A stretch of DNA of 64,000 nucleotides from Octopus vulgaris (taxonomy: Eukaryota): positions 135,160,001-135,224,000 of the forward strand of contig OX597816.1 of assembly GCA_951406725.2 (NCBI GenBank). The letters run 5' to 3'. Position numbers and translations under genes: made by a program. Every line of letters starts with the position of its first letter. Positions within the stretch are counted from its first letter, which is position 1. Below are positions 49,879-63,493 of this stretch, in pieces. Under the pieces are notes generated by a model. It had not been told where the DNA came from and did not search any database. It was given only the letters and a program-made list of their open reading frames with translations.

Positions 49879-52800
49879 GTACGTCTCTTTTACTATCTTT
49901 TCTTTTACAATAATAATCTCTTTTATAATAATTGTGATTTTGATACATGGCCAAGAAATTGTGGGGAAGTGTTAAGTTGATATCATCGATAGGAATTAAT
50001 TTGACTGAGCGCCTTGTCGGCTCAAGTAGACTTCGGTGGGATTTGAAATCATAGAAGTGGAAGAAATGCTGCAAAGCATTTTTCTAACGATTCTACCGAT
50101 ATATCTCCTTTGTCACTATAAACTTTTATCACTTTTTACACACCAAAAAGAAACATAAATTATTACACGACCTTAAAATTAGTTATTGATTACCATATGC
50201 CGTACATGTTTATAGTTTGTAAACAGTGAGGATACCTGAGTACTCCCATCTCATTTCCTATGGTATACGAATTCAAAATTTATTGAATAATGTTTACTGT
50301 TGCTGACCACTTAGTTTCCTTGTACTCTGTTATTTGATATACTTGAGTCATGAAAAGAAACCTCACTTCATCCGTGCTTTCTCATCAATTGCATCGTCAT
50401 GTAAATAGTCTTAGCATCGTTAACCACTTATCACGTGTACACATCAAGTGCACTCTTACAAAAAATTCTTTCATAATATATATTTTTTCATTTATAAGTC
50501 TCTGCTACCTTCAGATGGATTTGAAAGTAGAATGAATTAGAACCGATGAGAATGCCTCTCAACCTGCTGGAAGTAGCAACCTCTTTGAAATGACACTCTA
50601 CCATTACTAGAAGGACACATCATGTAATATAGTCTTATATACCTGTAAAAGTACAGGTGAAATAGAAGAAAATCGGGGCGAAGGTAAAGAATACGTACAC
50701 CCGGTGGTTAGGGTTTTTGCTACGCCGAAAACCGGTGGTGTACGTATTTTTTACCTCCGCCAAATGTTTGCGTAATTAAATTCGAAATACTTGAAGTATT
50801 AAAACAGCTTTTAAATTATTCTTTAAACAAGGAAGTGTCGGCGTTAGTAAAAAATAATTTCGTTTTTAAATGAGCTGCATATGTAACATTGAAAATTACC
50901 GAATTAATACTGTAATCTAATGTAGTGACCTGTGAGAACTGAAAAAGAGGGAAAACGATTATTTTAGACAAGAAGCCTAATGTTTTAGGGTATTTGGTTG
51001 TTACTTTTAGCAATGAACTAGGTAGTTGCATATGCCCTTAAACCAAGACTACATACATACTCATCGCTTTCTTGTCACCCTTCCTTTTGTGCCATTTCTT
51101 CCAGATCCCCAAAATTGAGTGCAGGTCATTTTGATGTAAAAAGGTATTTGTTAAGATGTTTGCTTTGCAATGATAGTTCCAAGTTTTAATCCCACTGTTG
51201 GTCTTAGGAGGGGTATCCAGCTGTAGAAACCAAAGTATGATGCAGTCTTTGGACTTGTTGGATCCTGTAAAATCATTCAACCTATGAGAGCATGGAAGAT
51301 GGTTGTAAAAAGGTGATGATGATGTGTGGCGCTTGGAACAAGTTTTATCTCCCATAACCTTGAGTCAACCAAAGCCTCGAGTGAAATTCAGTAGACTGAA
51401 ACTGGAAAAGTGGACCATTTTTGTTCTTGGGTTGTAGTCTTAATTCATTGGTTTAACTACACTACCTGGCATTTCCACTGCTCTGTTGCAAGCATCTAGT
51501 ACAGATCTATGGTCTGAGGATGACTTCTCACCATCTACAGTGACCCTAGAGGTTCATGAGTGCTGCACTTCTTCCTCTGTAAAAACTACAATAATTCTTT
51601 CAACTATAGGCACATGGCCTGAAATTCTGAGGGAGGGGGATAACTGATTACATTGACCCTCAGTGCTCCACTGGTATTCATTTTATTGACTTTGAAAGGA
51701 TGAAAGACAAATTTGACATTGGTGGGTTTTGAATTCTGAATGCAAAGACAGACAAAATTCTACTGAATATTTTGTCCAGTGTGCTAATGATTCTGCCAGT
51801 TTGCTGCATTTGACAAAGCTATAATAATAATAAAAAAATTTTTTAAATAGAGTAAGCTATTTGCCAAATCCTTCACTTCTTCCAGATGTATTGTTCTTTC
51901 CTGGAGTTCATTCCTTGTCCATATTTCCCCAGTAATAGTTCACTTATTGATGTTTAAACTAAATATCAACTTCACTAATTTGAGAGGACCTGTGAAGGTC
52001 TCATGCACTTTCAAAATTTTTTTCAGGGCCTCCAAGACCAGTTGGAGAAAATTGTCTTCAAACCAGGAACTGTACTTACATATGACTCTATCTAACTTTA
52101 TACGAGATGAGAAATGAAAGAGGTGAAGACAATGAAACAAAAAGAGAGGAAACTAGAGAGAGAGAGAAGAAATATTGAAGTGAATGAGAATAGTGAAAGA
52201 GTGATAGTGTAAAAGTAAGAAAGTGAAAGCTTGACTTTTTGAATATACAAGATAATAGGAAGTCAAATGAAGTTATTCTCAGTCACTGAACTCCAGCTGT
52301 AGAAAGATGAAAATTATCACAAGAAGTCAATGTTTAATATAAATGCCAGTGAAAATGTGTTGTAAAAAGACATGATACACAAGAAAATGGTGCAAAGCTT
52401 GAAGATTAACAATTACTAAAAGGAGTCAGATGTAAACATAATAATTTTCTGTGGAAGCTATGTTAGTTTCTAATGAATAAGAAATTTAATAAATCATTAC
52501 AGTACAATGTTAAGTAAGAATTTATTATTCATTGAGCATGTTAATGAGTAGTGCACAAATAGAGCACAAGATATACAATTTTATATTTACATCTAAAGAA
52601 TGAAATTCGAGAGACTTACCAATTTTTAATGTAGTGGGGGACAGAGGATGAATTAATAAATGTCTCTAAAATTTGAAAATTATTGAACAGAGATCTTATG
52701 TATAGCTTACTACTTTTTACGTAATGTTCAGATAGGAAAGAAATATTAACCACTGGCTACTTGGATATTCTGGTTACCATTGAGAAACTGTAAATAACCT

Positions 52801-55800
52801 GTTGTAAGCGTTCAAAATTTCTCTAACATTTGAGCCTGTTTAAAACTTCTTCAACCTTACTATTTTGAATTTCAGTGGAGAAAGAAACAAATTGAAGCTA
52901 ATTGTAATGATGGCCTCTTGACTACAAATCCTCGCCCTGGATATGGAGCTGATGTCCTTCATGAAACTGAGTATTATTTTGAGAACAGTGAGTAAAGCTT
53001 TTTTTCTATTATAAACACCAACATTCTTTTTAGTATTACATTCAGTTTAAATATATATTTTCTCCAAGTTTTAATTTCCTGATATTATACACATCCATTA
53101 TTTGATGTTGGTGTATAATGAGCCCCCTGCCACCACTCCCATTTTTTTTCTTTTTTTGTGAGACTATTCTTACTTGGAATAGGATATCTGTCTCTAGGAG
53201 ACTTTACTCATGAGAGAATCTGAGCTCTATGCCATTGATTCAAAATAACTGTATCATCAGTTAGTAGTGTCTTGTTGCTTACATAAGTTTCCCCATATAT
53301 TATTTAAATCAAAGTAGACTGAACTATTAGTTTTAAAGTATCTTTTTTTAGAACACATCAAATACTGGCATCAGCATGCATCTACTTATAGCATATATCT
53401 AATGTATATTTATGTACTGATATACAATATCCTGATCACCTAGTTTGCTGAGAGCCAGTTTTTACTTAGAGAAAGGAAAATGAAAAATATAATGTCCCCT
53501 AATATTTTTAAACACATTTACAGCATTTGTAAAGTAAAATTCCTTCCACCAGGAATTTAAACTTCTTGTTCTACAGAGCTTCATATCTAGTTTTCATATT
53601 GAAATATGTATTTTTCCTAATTAAAATAAGCAACCTGTCAACAGAGTTAAACCAAAATTATCAACTGTAATTGAACTTAACTTTATTGAATAAATGCCTT
53701 TTCTCATGAGTTCAAATCTAGTTGTCTCTAGATTTTACCTCTATGTTGTTTATCTCTTTCCATCATATTGGCCTCTCTACAGTTTGGAGGTTTCATGACT
53801 TATTGAAAATCTATTTACTGTTTGATTGTTTTAAACTTTAACTTGTTTGTATTTGTTTGCATGAATTGTTTGCCTAGAAGGTTTGTAGGTGAATACCCTT
53901 TCTAATGCTGATTGCCTAGACATGAAGATAAATTAAATAAAGCATACAGAAGACAGTCCATTTAATGCCAGTTGTAGAATTCTAACTTAAGAGCTTAATT
54001 ATTCAACCATTCAGCTCCCTGTGTCACATTGTGATATTGATTTTTTTGTAACTAACTTTCCTGCCAAAAATTGAAACTCACTAATTGTTTAATCATTTAA
54101 AAATAATTAACACAAAATTTAGTTGAACTGAAATAAAACTTGTATCTATTGAGAACAGTGTAACTTAAACTTTATTTTTTAATAACTATTCTATCTTGAA
54201 TAGATCTTCGGAAAGTGTATCCTTATTACTATACCTTCAACTCACATGTGAAAGGCAGATGGAGAGGAAGAACTCTGATGGATGTATTTGTGAAAGAGTT
54301 TCATGTAGTGTCAGAGCAATCATTGGTATGTGAGAAAAACACTTTTGATTTACATCAGTAACTGAATAGTATTAAATTTTAAATAATTTTTTTTTAAGCC
54401 ATGGCTATATTATTTTCCAGAAATAAAGCTGTTCCTTTAACAAAAATCCTAAGATTAAGCAATTGCTCTGTGGCTCAGATATTCTTAACAAACATTACAT
54501 TTTTAAAAGTAATATGATAAAATTGTTTTGTTGTAAAATAGTTTGATTTCTGTTAATGGATAGCTGAAAATCAGTCTTATTATAAAACTATAGAAATTAA
54601 ATATACCATTTAAAGCAGCTTCTCTTTCTCCCACTTTTCAGAAAATTTTGCTCATAGTAATATCTCTTGTAAATAAATAACTATTTATTGTTAAAACTTT
54701 TTTCAAAGTATCACAAAAGCTATGAAAGTGATGTTCATTGATTCCTAATTAATAATTTTCCATATTTTGTTGCAAAACATTGTATAGATTTTTTTCCTTC
54801 AACCTTAGAATATTATTCTTTAGAATTATATTTTTTATTGATTAATAATTGTATAAACTTTATCTTGTTATGATTGTAAGGTATATGTGAATTAAGTTCT
54901 CATTTTAAGATCATCATTGATATTTTAATGGCATTTTTTTCCATGTTGGAAGGAGCTTATATATTGCAATTCATATCAGTCATATATAATTTTATTTCTA
55001 TTATTACTGTCTCTATTACACATATTAGCCTATGTTTCTAATACTCATTTGTCTTCATTTCACTCAAGTTAATGCCTCACATCCAACAGTTTATACTCAG
55101 CTTATTCTATTGCTACAGATCTTTGATAGCAATCACCTATATTTCACTGTTATCAGTAGGATATTTCTTACACATACCTCTTTACCATCTCATAATTCCT
55201 GATACCAGTTCTTTTGTTATGCTTCACTTCATTCACATTCATATTTCAAATCTATTATTGTTCTCTTTTCAGATAGATGACATGAAAAATGGAGTATTGT
55301 TAGTAAACAGCAAACCAACTGTAGGTGATTATGAGCTGAAATTTAATGATGTAATTTCACATACCATACACCGGTGAGTAAATTTATTGTTGTTATTGTA
55401 AATATTTTATTTAAATACCTGGAAAATTTGAATATTTCACCTTTTCTGTATATCTATTTTTTAATGTTAGTTTTTGAATGTTTATTGTAGAAGCAAGATT
55501 TGTTTCAAAGTTGGATATTCTTCTTGGCGTGTGTTTAGAACTAGAGATCCAATCAATGTAATCTTGCAGGAATGACTAAACAAGTGGACAGAATATTTGC
55601 AGAACCTTCTCAGTAGTCTCCCACCAGTTTCAGATAGACATAAACACTGCTGTTAAACATGATCTTGGCACAAAACTTGCTTTCATGTTAAACTCACTGA
55701 AATCCTGAAAATAAACCAAAAACAAGACAGCTGAAGACAGGGACATTTATAGGAGAAACTCTTCAAATTTTTTAAATGTAGTATGTAATTGGTGCTCATT

Positions 55801-58800
55801 TCAGAAGTGGAGTAAGAATTGTATTTTCCCATTCCTCAGGGAAGATAATTTAGTTGTAGAAAAAAAATCACATATCATACCAGCCGGAGGCACGTAAAAA
55901 GCACCATTTGAGCATGATCATTACCAGCGTTGCCTTATTGGCATGTGAACAAAACATTCGAGCGAGATCATTGCCAGTGCCGCTGGACTGACTCCTGTGC
56001 AGGTGGCATGTAAAAAAACACAATTTGAACATGGCCGTTACCAGTACCGCCAGACTGGCCCTCGTGCCGGAGGCCCGTAAAAGCACCCACTACACTCTGA
56101 GTGGTTGGCGTTAGGAAGGGCATCCGGCTGTAGAAACTCTGCCAGATCAGATTGGAGCCTGGTGTAGCCATCTGGTTCGCCAGTCCTCAGTCAAATCGTC
56201 CAACCCATGTAGCATGGAAAGTGGACGTTAAAACGATGATGATGATGATGCCAGTATGAAAGGCAGACATTAAACAGTGATGATGATAATGATGATGAAT
56301 CACACTTACAGCAATAGCAGCAAACATAATCAACAAATTGTTGATTATACAGCTAGAATTTGAGAAGATCTCATTTGGACACCAAAGCAGGTTTAGGGGA
56401 AAATTAGTCGAGATTGAGTGAGTCAAGGCTAAAAATTTATTAGTAGTCTTACAGCTTGTAGACTTCTCAAAAGCTTTCAACTCTGTCCACTGAGACAAAA
56501 TGGAGTAAATTCTTATATACAGTATACTTCAAAAAACAGCTGGAGCAATAATGATACTCTGTGCAAACATGTGAGCCAAATTAATAAAAAAAATGTCTTG
56601 TCCTTTTATTAATATCTGTTTTGTCATATTACAGCAGTTCTGTTGTGGGCAAGACATTAAACTGCATTCAGTGGTGGTGCTGAAATTGGGAATTCAAGAG
56701 CTTAGGGGCATATGTAGTTACTCCTTTGTCTTCATTACTCCCAAGCTTACTCTGGTCTAGGGTAGTAGTTCTTGTTAGGGGCCTCAGTTATGGGTTAAAT
56801 AGCAGAAGATGGTCCTGTATCTGTGTTATACAGGACTCAGAGGAGAGCTGGCCCCTATACATGTATCACTGGTATATGGACATGCTCTGATGTCATGTGA
56901 ACCAATCCCTCTACATAAGGGTTAAATACACCCTGGGCCTCAAGTGTAAGCACTTAAAATCATATTTTATTCATGATTTAATTTTTTTTATCTTCCTTTA
57001 CCAAATAATTAACATCATAACTTTTCTTAATTTCTTAAAAAAAATATTTTATTCAAAGCTTATTTTTTATTTTACTTCCAGGCATGAAAACCCTGTAATT
57101 GGAACACAATTAGAAATTCTTGAAGACAATGAAGATTTAATAGTCATCAATAAACCATCTTCAATCCCATGCCATCCCTGTGGAAGGTACAGATACAATT
57201 CTATTGTCTTCATTCTTGGCAAGGAATACGGCTACAGTAACTTGAGAAGTAAGTAGCTATATGCAACATAGAAATATTAAATATTTATGATAAAACATTG
57301 GAGTCTGTTGGTGAAACTATCCATAAGAATTTAGATGTTGAGCTGAAAGCATCTGCATTTCTTTATTCCTATACTAACATGTATAGGATGAACTGTTGCA
57401 AATTTTGACATTTGCATATGGAAGTAACATTTACAACATTTACATCCATTTATTAACCATGCAAACTGTAAAATAATAATGGTACGGCTATCTGCGAGAC
57501 AGATTAAAGCAGGCAGTTATGTACATTGCATAGGAGCACAACACATTGGTTGTGACAAGGTTTGAATTAATAACTATTTGTTCGGTTTCTTACACATTTA
57601 CTTTCCAAATAGTAAACCGTGTTCCTTTTTTAAAAAATGAGAAGGATCTCTAAATGATCAGTTGTTAATTAGTTACCTAACTTTAAGGAATAAAATTTTT
57701 ATGTGACACCAGTTTTGGTGCCATGTAAAAAGCACTCAGTCCACTTTGTAAGGTAGTTGGTGTTAGGAAGGGCATCCAACCATAAAAACCATGCCAAAAC
57801 AGTGAAGCCTGGTGCAGTCATCTGCCTAGCGAGCTCCTACCATGCCAGCATGGAAAATGGACATGAAATGATGATGATAATATTTGTAACTTTTTCGCCA
57901 GCCTTGTCTGGCACCTGTGTCGGTGGCACATAAAAAATACCATCCGAGCGTGGCCGTTCACCAGCCTCGTCTGGCACCTGTGTCGGTGGCACATAAAAAG
58001 CACCCACTACACTCACGGAGTGGTTGGCATTAGGAAGGGCATCCAGCTGTAGAAACACTGCCAGATCTGACTGGCCTGGTGCAGCCTTCGGGCTTCCCAG
58101 ACCCCAGTTGAACCGTCCAACCCATGTTAGCATGGAAAGCGGACGTTAAACGATGATGATGATACCACCATTTCCACTTTTTATCATTTTTGTTTCCTTG
58201 ATTGGTTGATTGTTCACTTTGGTTTCTCAGAAACTACTGAAGCTAGGAAGTTTAATGTTGTATCAGTGGTTACAAAGCAAAATAAGAATTTTTTTTTTTT
58301 TTTTTAATTCTGCTACTTTTGCAAGCTATGTGGAAATTATGCTTACAACTCAGTTCTGTTCAGACTGTCATATGGTGGGTGAATTGCAAGTTATAGGAGA
58401 AACATTGATTACATGAAAACACAAATACATAGCAGTACAATTTATTTTTGATATTTGTGAACACAGTAGTTAGGAGTGCAAAATATTTAAATAACAGTCA
58501 CATATGTAGAGAAAAATTTTTTGCTTGAATCAAACATTTCTGATTATCTAACAGAATGTGAGGGAATTAAAACTAACTCTATTTGAAGTGCTGTATTATA
58601 GTATTAGTTCATTCAATTTCCTATAAGAATATATATAGTTTTATATATGTAAAATAATTAATTTATTTTTTATAATATTTTTCAAAAAATAAGTGCATGT
58701 GAAAAGGGCTCTGTATTCTTGGCACGGAATCTCCAAATAAAGCCTTGTCTCCAAAGTGTTAACTATTGATTTGTCAATATCTAATCAAACTGAAGCTTTC

Positions 58801-61800
58801 ATTGTATTGGAATAAAATTTAAAAGCTCTGAAAAGACATTTAATGTTAATCAGGATATAAGTTATATGAAAATGGAACAGTTCTATTGAAGGAAACTTAT
58901 ACCAGAAAGCTTATTGATCTGTTTCTAGCAAATCAGTGACATGATCAAACTGGATGACATCCAGTTTTCTGTTTTTTTAATTCTGGCATAAATGGAGTGT
59001 TTTTGAATTTTTATGTTTACATATTCTTGAAACAGTTGTTTTTTATAAAATGGATGCTCTTCTTCATGTTAACCAACCTGTTATGAAATGAGGGTAAAAC
59101 CTGTTTGTTATGCTTATATATGATTAACTCTTTGTTTACTTCTCTAGGTGTTACTTTATTTCAAATAGATAGTTCCATTTTCAAATATTACTTTCTAAAA
59201 TTGCTTTTAAATACAAAGTTCTTTTAATATTTATAGACATTTATCGCCTTGATCGATTGACATCTGGTGTATTAATTTGTGCCAAAACTGCAAAGAAGAC
59301 AAGGGAACTAGAAGACCAAATCATCAATAAAAAAGTACGGAAGGAATACGTATGTCGAGTAGTTGGACGATTTCCTGAGTAAGTAAATTTTGTTCCAAGT
59401 TTAATATTAGAATTAAAGAGACTGATGATTGTCCTTGTTGACGAGAGAAGTTTCAGAAAAAAAATACATAAAAGTGGAGAATGTTGGTATAAATCCTTAA
59501 ATCCTTAAAAATGTTTTAGCCCGAAGGCCATGGCCATGCTGGGGCACCACGGCTGAAATAAGTTGCGAGCTCACCAGGATGCTGTAAGAATAAAAATATA
59601 TTACATGTGAGAATTACAGCTTTCATTGGATGTATGATATCTGAAGTGTATTGTCTGAATTATTAGATTTTTCATCTCTTCGTACTCTACTAACTCATTC
59701 TATTTTATATATTTACATTTTCTATACATATAAGTTAAAGAGAAAATATAATGAAGGTCAACTGTCGATGCTAAGAATAGATTTCAACCATCAAATCATT
59801 CCAGTATTTAGAATGGCCTTGTTTAATACATTTAATCCCATAACCCAGTTTAACATGACTAACTGATCCTTGGGTGCCTCTAGAAGACTTGACTTAGATG
59901 AAAGTATTTGTGTCAGGTCTCCAGTTTAAGAATCTTCCCTTTCTCCTATCAATCTCAGAGACCCTGAAAAATAAAGGGACATGTGTGTTATTCTTCTCTT
60001 CCTGATTAATCATTAAAGTAATTTAACTTCTAGTTTTTTGATAAAGTCCATTGTTGTTGTTTTACATGGTGTCTCTCACACACCTAAATGTACATTCAAA
60101 ATCCAATTGATGTGTGCATTGCCAGGTTTTATGAATTGTTTCATATAATCCCAAGATCAGAGTGGTCAGACAGTGGTCTGTGTCTAGTAAGGATACCTGA
60201 CATGTTAGACTTAAAAGGAATTAAAAATATCCCCATTGATGCATGTTAGCCACTGTTCTGTAACAACTTGACTTCAGCCTGTTTGTAAATGTCCATTGCT
60301 TTCTGATGATAGAAACTGGACAGTGGTTGAGTGCTGTCCCAACCAAGTCCCCACTGGTGACAGGGTACTCTCTATTCCTTTTTCTAAGTGTCTTTAGTGG
60401 TGAAGGGTTTCTTGGGTTTAGTCTTGAAATGGTGGATGCTATGTCAGTTATTTATTCTAAGGGTGTATTATAGAAATTTATTTGACACTTAGTCAAATAA
60501 ATAAACTATATATATTTGGTACCATTAAATCTATGCCTTTGAACTGCTTGCTATAATTAGAATGATTACTCCACCTCATCTCTGAGAGGAGAAAACTATT
60601 CAAAAATAGAATCTTTTTATTAGAAATATAAATATTGTCCATCCTTGAAACAAAGGCCAATCATCATCATCATTGTTTAACGTCCGTTTTCTGTGCTAGC
60701 ACGGGTTGGACGGTTCGACCGGGGTCTGGGAAGCCAGGAGGCTGCACCAGGCTCCAGTCTGATCTGGCAGTGTTTCTACAGCTGGATGCCCTTCCTAATG
60801 CATAAATATTAGGTGGTTTTAAAAAGTTCCCAGACTAGTTCTGTTGCATGTAAACAGATTGCAGCACACGGTTGCATGTGCAGTGAGAGCTAGCAGTGAC
60901 CTTCATGAGGCAGTGTGCCAAGTGACATTGCTGTGTTTACTTTACAAGTTGTGAAATTTGTGTTTTTGTGATCATGTGTATGCTGTAGTCTGCGATTTTG
61001 TCATGGACAGGAACAAGGGGCCAATGTGACATTTACGTTATACTTGAGCAGTCTGCTACAGAAACATTGATGAGGCAATGGGTTGTATACAATGTTTTGA
61101 GTGGTACAGGTGCTTCAAAAGTAGAAGAGCGTCCCTGAAAGATGATGAGCGATCAGGAAGACCTGTTGTATTGTGCATCACGAATTCATTCCTCAGGGCC
61201 AGACTGTCAATCAAGAGTTCTACTCCGAAATTTCGAAACATTTGAGGGAGGACATTCGGCAAAAATGACCGGATCTGTGGAGCACAAAGAATTGAATTCT
61301 TCATGATGACAATGCATCCCGTTACCAAACTCTCCTCACTCGTGAGTTTCTTGCCAATAACAATATGGTATCACTTCCGCACCTGCCCTATTCACCAGAT
61401 TTAGCACCTGCAAACTTCCATCTCTTCCCCAAGATGAAAATACAGCTCAGGTTGCTGTTTTAATACTATTGTCAAAATCCAGAGCAAATCACAGAAGGTC
61501 CTCAACTTGCTTATGGAAAATGACTTCAAGGCTGGATTCCAAAAGTGGTAAGAATGCTGGTACTGGTGTATTGCTCTGCAAGGTGACTATTTCAAAGGAG
61601 ATAATGTTAGAACTTAGGTAAATAAGATATTTTTTATAAAACATAACTAGTCCAGGAACCTTTTGATACCACCTAGTACAATATAGATTATGGCTGAATA
61701 TATATTCTTATACAGAATTGTTTTTATATTATCTTTCCAGTGGTGATATTGAAGTTGATCAACCTCTGGACTGCATCAATCACAAGATATCCTTATGGCA

Positions 61801-63493
61801 AGTACGACCCGGTGGAAAAGAAAGCAAAACACTCTTCAGTCGCCTTAGTTACAATGGAAAATCAAGTGTTGTTAGATGTGAGTCAAGCATTTCTTAGATC
61901 TTGAACTCTTCATTTTGGCTGTTACGCATATTTAATAAAAGATAGAGGATATTTTCTTCAGGAAAATTAAGCTTGTTGTTTTATAGTATCATCTTTAAAC
62001 CTTCAGTAATTCTCAGGAGGCAGAAATCTTCATCTGTGAACTGGAGTTTAACTCAAATAAAATTCTACAACTTGCATGAGAGTTGATGCAACATGCAGCT
62101 AACATGTATTAGTGTAGAAAATATCCTATAGCTGTCGATTTTTCATGTATTTAAAAAAAATATTCAGTTTGTTTAGAAATGCCATGCATTTACTATACTA
62201 ACTTAAATAACTTGTTTATTTTTAATTAATTTTAATTATCGACATTTTTTTTACTCTGTTTTAGTTAATATTGTAATTGTCATCATTTTAGACGTTGTAA
62301 CACTCATTTCCCATACTTGTAAGTTTAAGAAAAAATATATACCCAGCTGTTGTTATAAAGAATAACTTTTCAATCATCAAATCATTTCAATATTCAAATT
62401 CTTTTACATTCAAATATAAACCTGGTCTTTTACAAATAAGTATTGTTTCTGATATGTGAAGCTGCATGGCTTAGAAGTTAGATATTGGGTTCACAATCAT
62501 AATACCATGAGTTCAGTTCCTGGACTAAGCAGCACATTGGGTCTTAGAATCATGTGCTTCATTTTATGTTGCTCCTGTTTACTCAGCTGAAAATAAGTAC
62601 TAGTGTAGCCCTTTCCTTCCAACTATCACATATTTCATGTTCCACTGACTCAAGGCAGGGTAAGAAGCCAAGAGTGTGTCTATGTCTGCTTAAGGCTACA
62701 TAGCCACCTAAAACAATCAGTGAAACCTGGAATATGCTACCAAGCCTCACTTGCTTGCATGTGATAGCAATGATTTTTGGTTTTGTTGTATATGTTATTC
62801 TTAAATTTATTTTACTGGCTTTTCACTGACACCTGTCTGTGGTTAAATACTAAGCAGCAGAATGGTCTCCATTAGTGTTACATATTCAAATTAATTACTT
62901 AATAGCTAATGTACCTTAAAGATAATGATTTAATGAATTTCTTTGATAGATTACCAGAAGAAAATTTATCAGGACATTTGGCAGTCTGTCTATTGCCTAA
63001 CGGATCATCAGTTTGTATCCTGTTATTAGCACTGCATTATGACTTTAGCCAAGATATGTCATTTTAGATTGACTAATCTGAAGTCAGAAAGGTGCTATAA
63101 TGATGTATTGTTTTGAGTTCAAATCCTCTCGTAAGAAAAACTTATAATAGTTGTATCCAGAGAGAGAGAGAGGTCTGTCAAGCAGTGAATGTTGTGAAAG
63201 ATAGCTTCAGCACCCGTACACATCTCCTTTACTTCTTAAGAATACTTGTTGAAAGAGCTTGTTGAAAATAATTTTAATCAAAAGTGCACTACCTTTGTTA
63301 TGTGTTGACACAATCTGAAAAAAATTTATGAATTTTATAATGTTAAAGATCATACAGTCACTGAATTATTTGAATAAATTCTCAATTAACAGTATTGATT
63401 TCTCCTCCAATAACATTAATTACTTCATGATTTTTTCAGGCATTCCTTACACAGGGCGAACACATCAGTTGCGTGTACATTTGCAATATTTAG
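49477..63493 (+). CDS. RPUSD2: RluA-family RNA pseudouridine synthase (RPUSD2-like), exons 1-8, 3' end outside the window
   Basis: Exons 49477-49878, 52876-52987, 54204-54325, 55273-55373, 57082-57248, 59237-59378, 61741-61877 and 63440-63493 have GT-AG introns and consistent phases. Motifs ETEYYFEN-LRKVYPYY, KGRW, HRHE, NKPSSIPCHPCGRY, YRLDRLTSG, KEYVCRV and TGRTHQLRVHLQYLG are characteristic of RPUSD2 and yeast Pus8/Pus9. Confidence 0.93.
50677..50761. repeat. 85-bp hairpin / miniature TIR element in RPUSD2 intron 1
   Basis: ggcgaaggtaaagaatacgtacacc / ggtgtacgtattttttacctccgcc. Confidence 0.75.
52876..52987 (+). CDS. RPUSD2: RPUSD2-like exon 2
   Basis: ttcag|WRKKQ...PGYGADVLHETEYYFEN|gtgagt. 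Confidence 0.9.
54204..54325 (+). CDS. RPUSD2: RPUSD2-like exon 3
   Basis: LRKVYPYYYTFNSHVKGRWRGRTLMDVFVKEF. Confidence 0.95.
55273..55373 (+). CDS. RPUSD2: RPUSD2-like exon 4
   Basis: IDDMKNGVLLVNSKP...LKFNDVISHTIHR (S4-like region). Confidence 0.92.
55880..56297 (+). mobile_element. RTE 3'-end derivative (repeat units plus tail)
   Basis: Same units as 30580-30845, with a (GAT)n tail. Confidence 0.85.
57082..57248 (+). CDS. RPUSD2: RPUSD2-like exon 5
   Basis: HENPV...VINKPSSIPCHPCGRYRYNSIVFILGKE (motif I). Confidence 0.96.
57715..58163 (+). mobile_element. Two tandem RTE 3'-end derivatives
   Basis: ggtg(g)cac(a/g)taaaaagcac units and the aggaagggcatcc...gatgatgat tail. Confidence 0.85.
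59237..59378 (+). CDS. RPUSD2: RPUSD2-like exon 6 (catalytic Asp)
   Basis: IYRLDRLTSGVLICAKT...KEYVCRVVGRFP (motifs II and IIa). Confidence 0.96.
60661..60801 (-). mobile_element. RTE 3' tail copy, antisense
   Basis: Reverse complement of about 58027-58162. Confidence 0.85.
60809..61676 (+). mobile_element. Internally deleted mariner element with TA target duplication
   Basis: ~32-bp TIRs TA|TTAGGTGGTTTTAAAAAGTTCCCAGACTAGTT and AACTAGTCCAGGAACCTTTTGATACCACCTAG|TA; remnants FEWY..FK...DDERSGRP, HDDNA and PYSPDLAP. Confidence 0.9.
61741..61877 (+). CDS. RPUSD2: RPUSD2-like exon 7
   Basis: GDIEVDQPL...GKESKTLFSRLSYNGKSSVVR. Confidence 0.95.
63440..63493 (+). CDS. RPUSD2: RPUSD2-like exon 8
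   Basis: CIPYTGRTHQLRVHLQYLG (motif III). Confidence 0.96.
   Translation, partial: AFLTQGEHISCVYICNI

Noticed and set aside
59422-59456. Hammerhead-like CTGATGA-ttgtc...gacga-GAGA
   Set aside because: Stem II forms, but GAAA is altered and stem I cannot pair; insufficient support.
60302-60322. CTGATGA..GAAAC motif
   Set aside because: No stem II between the boxes; it is a simple local hairpin.
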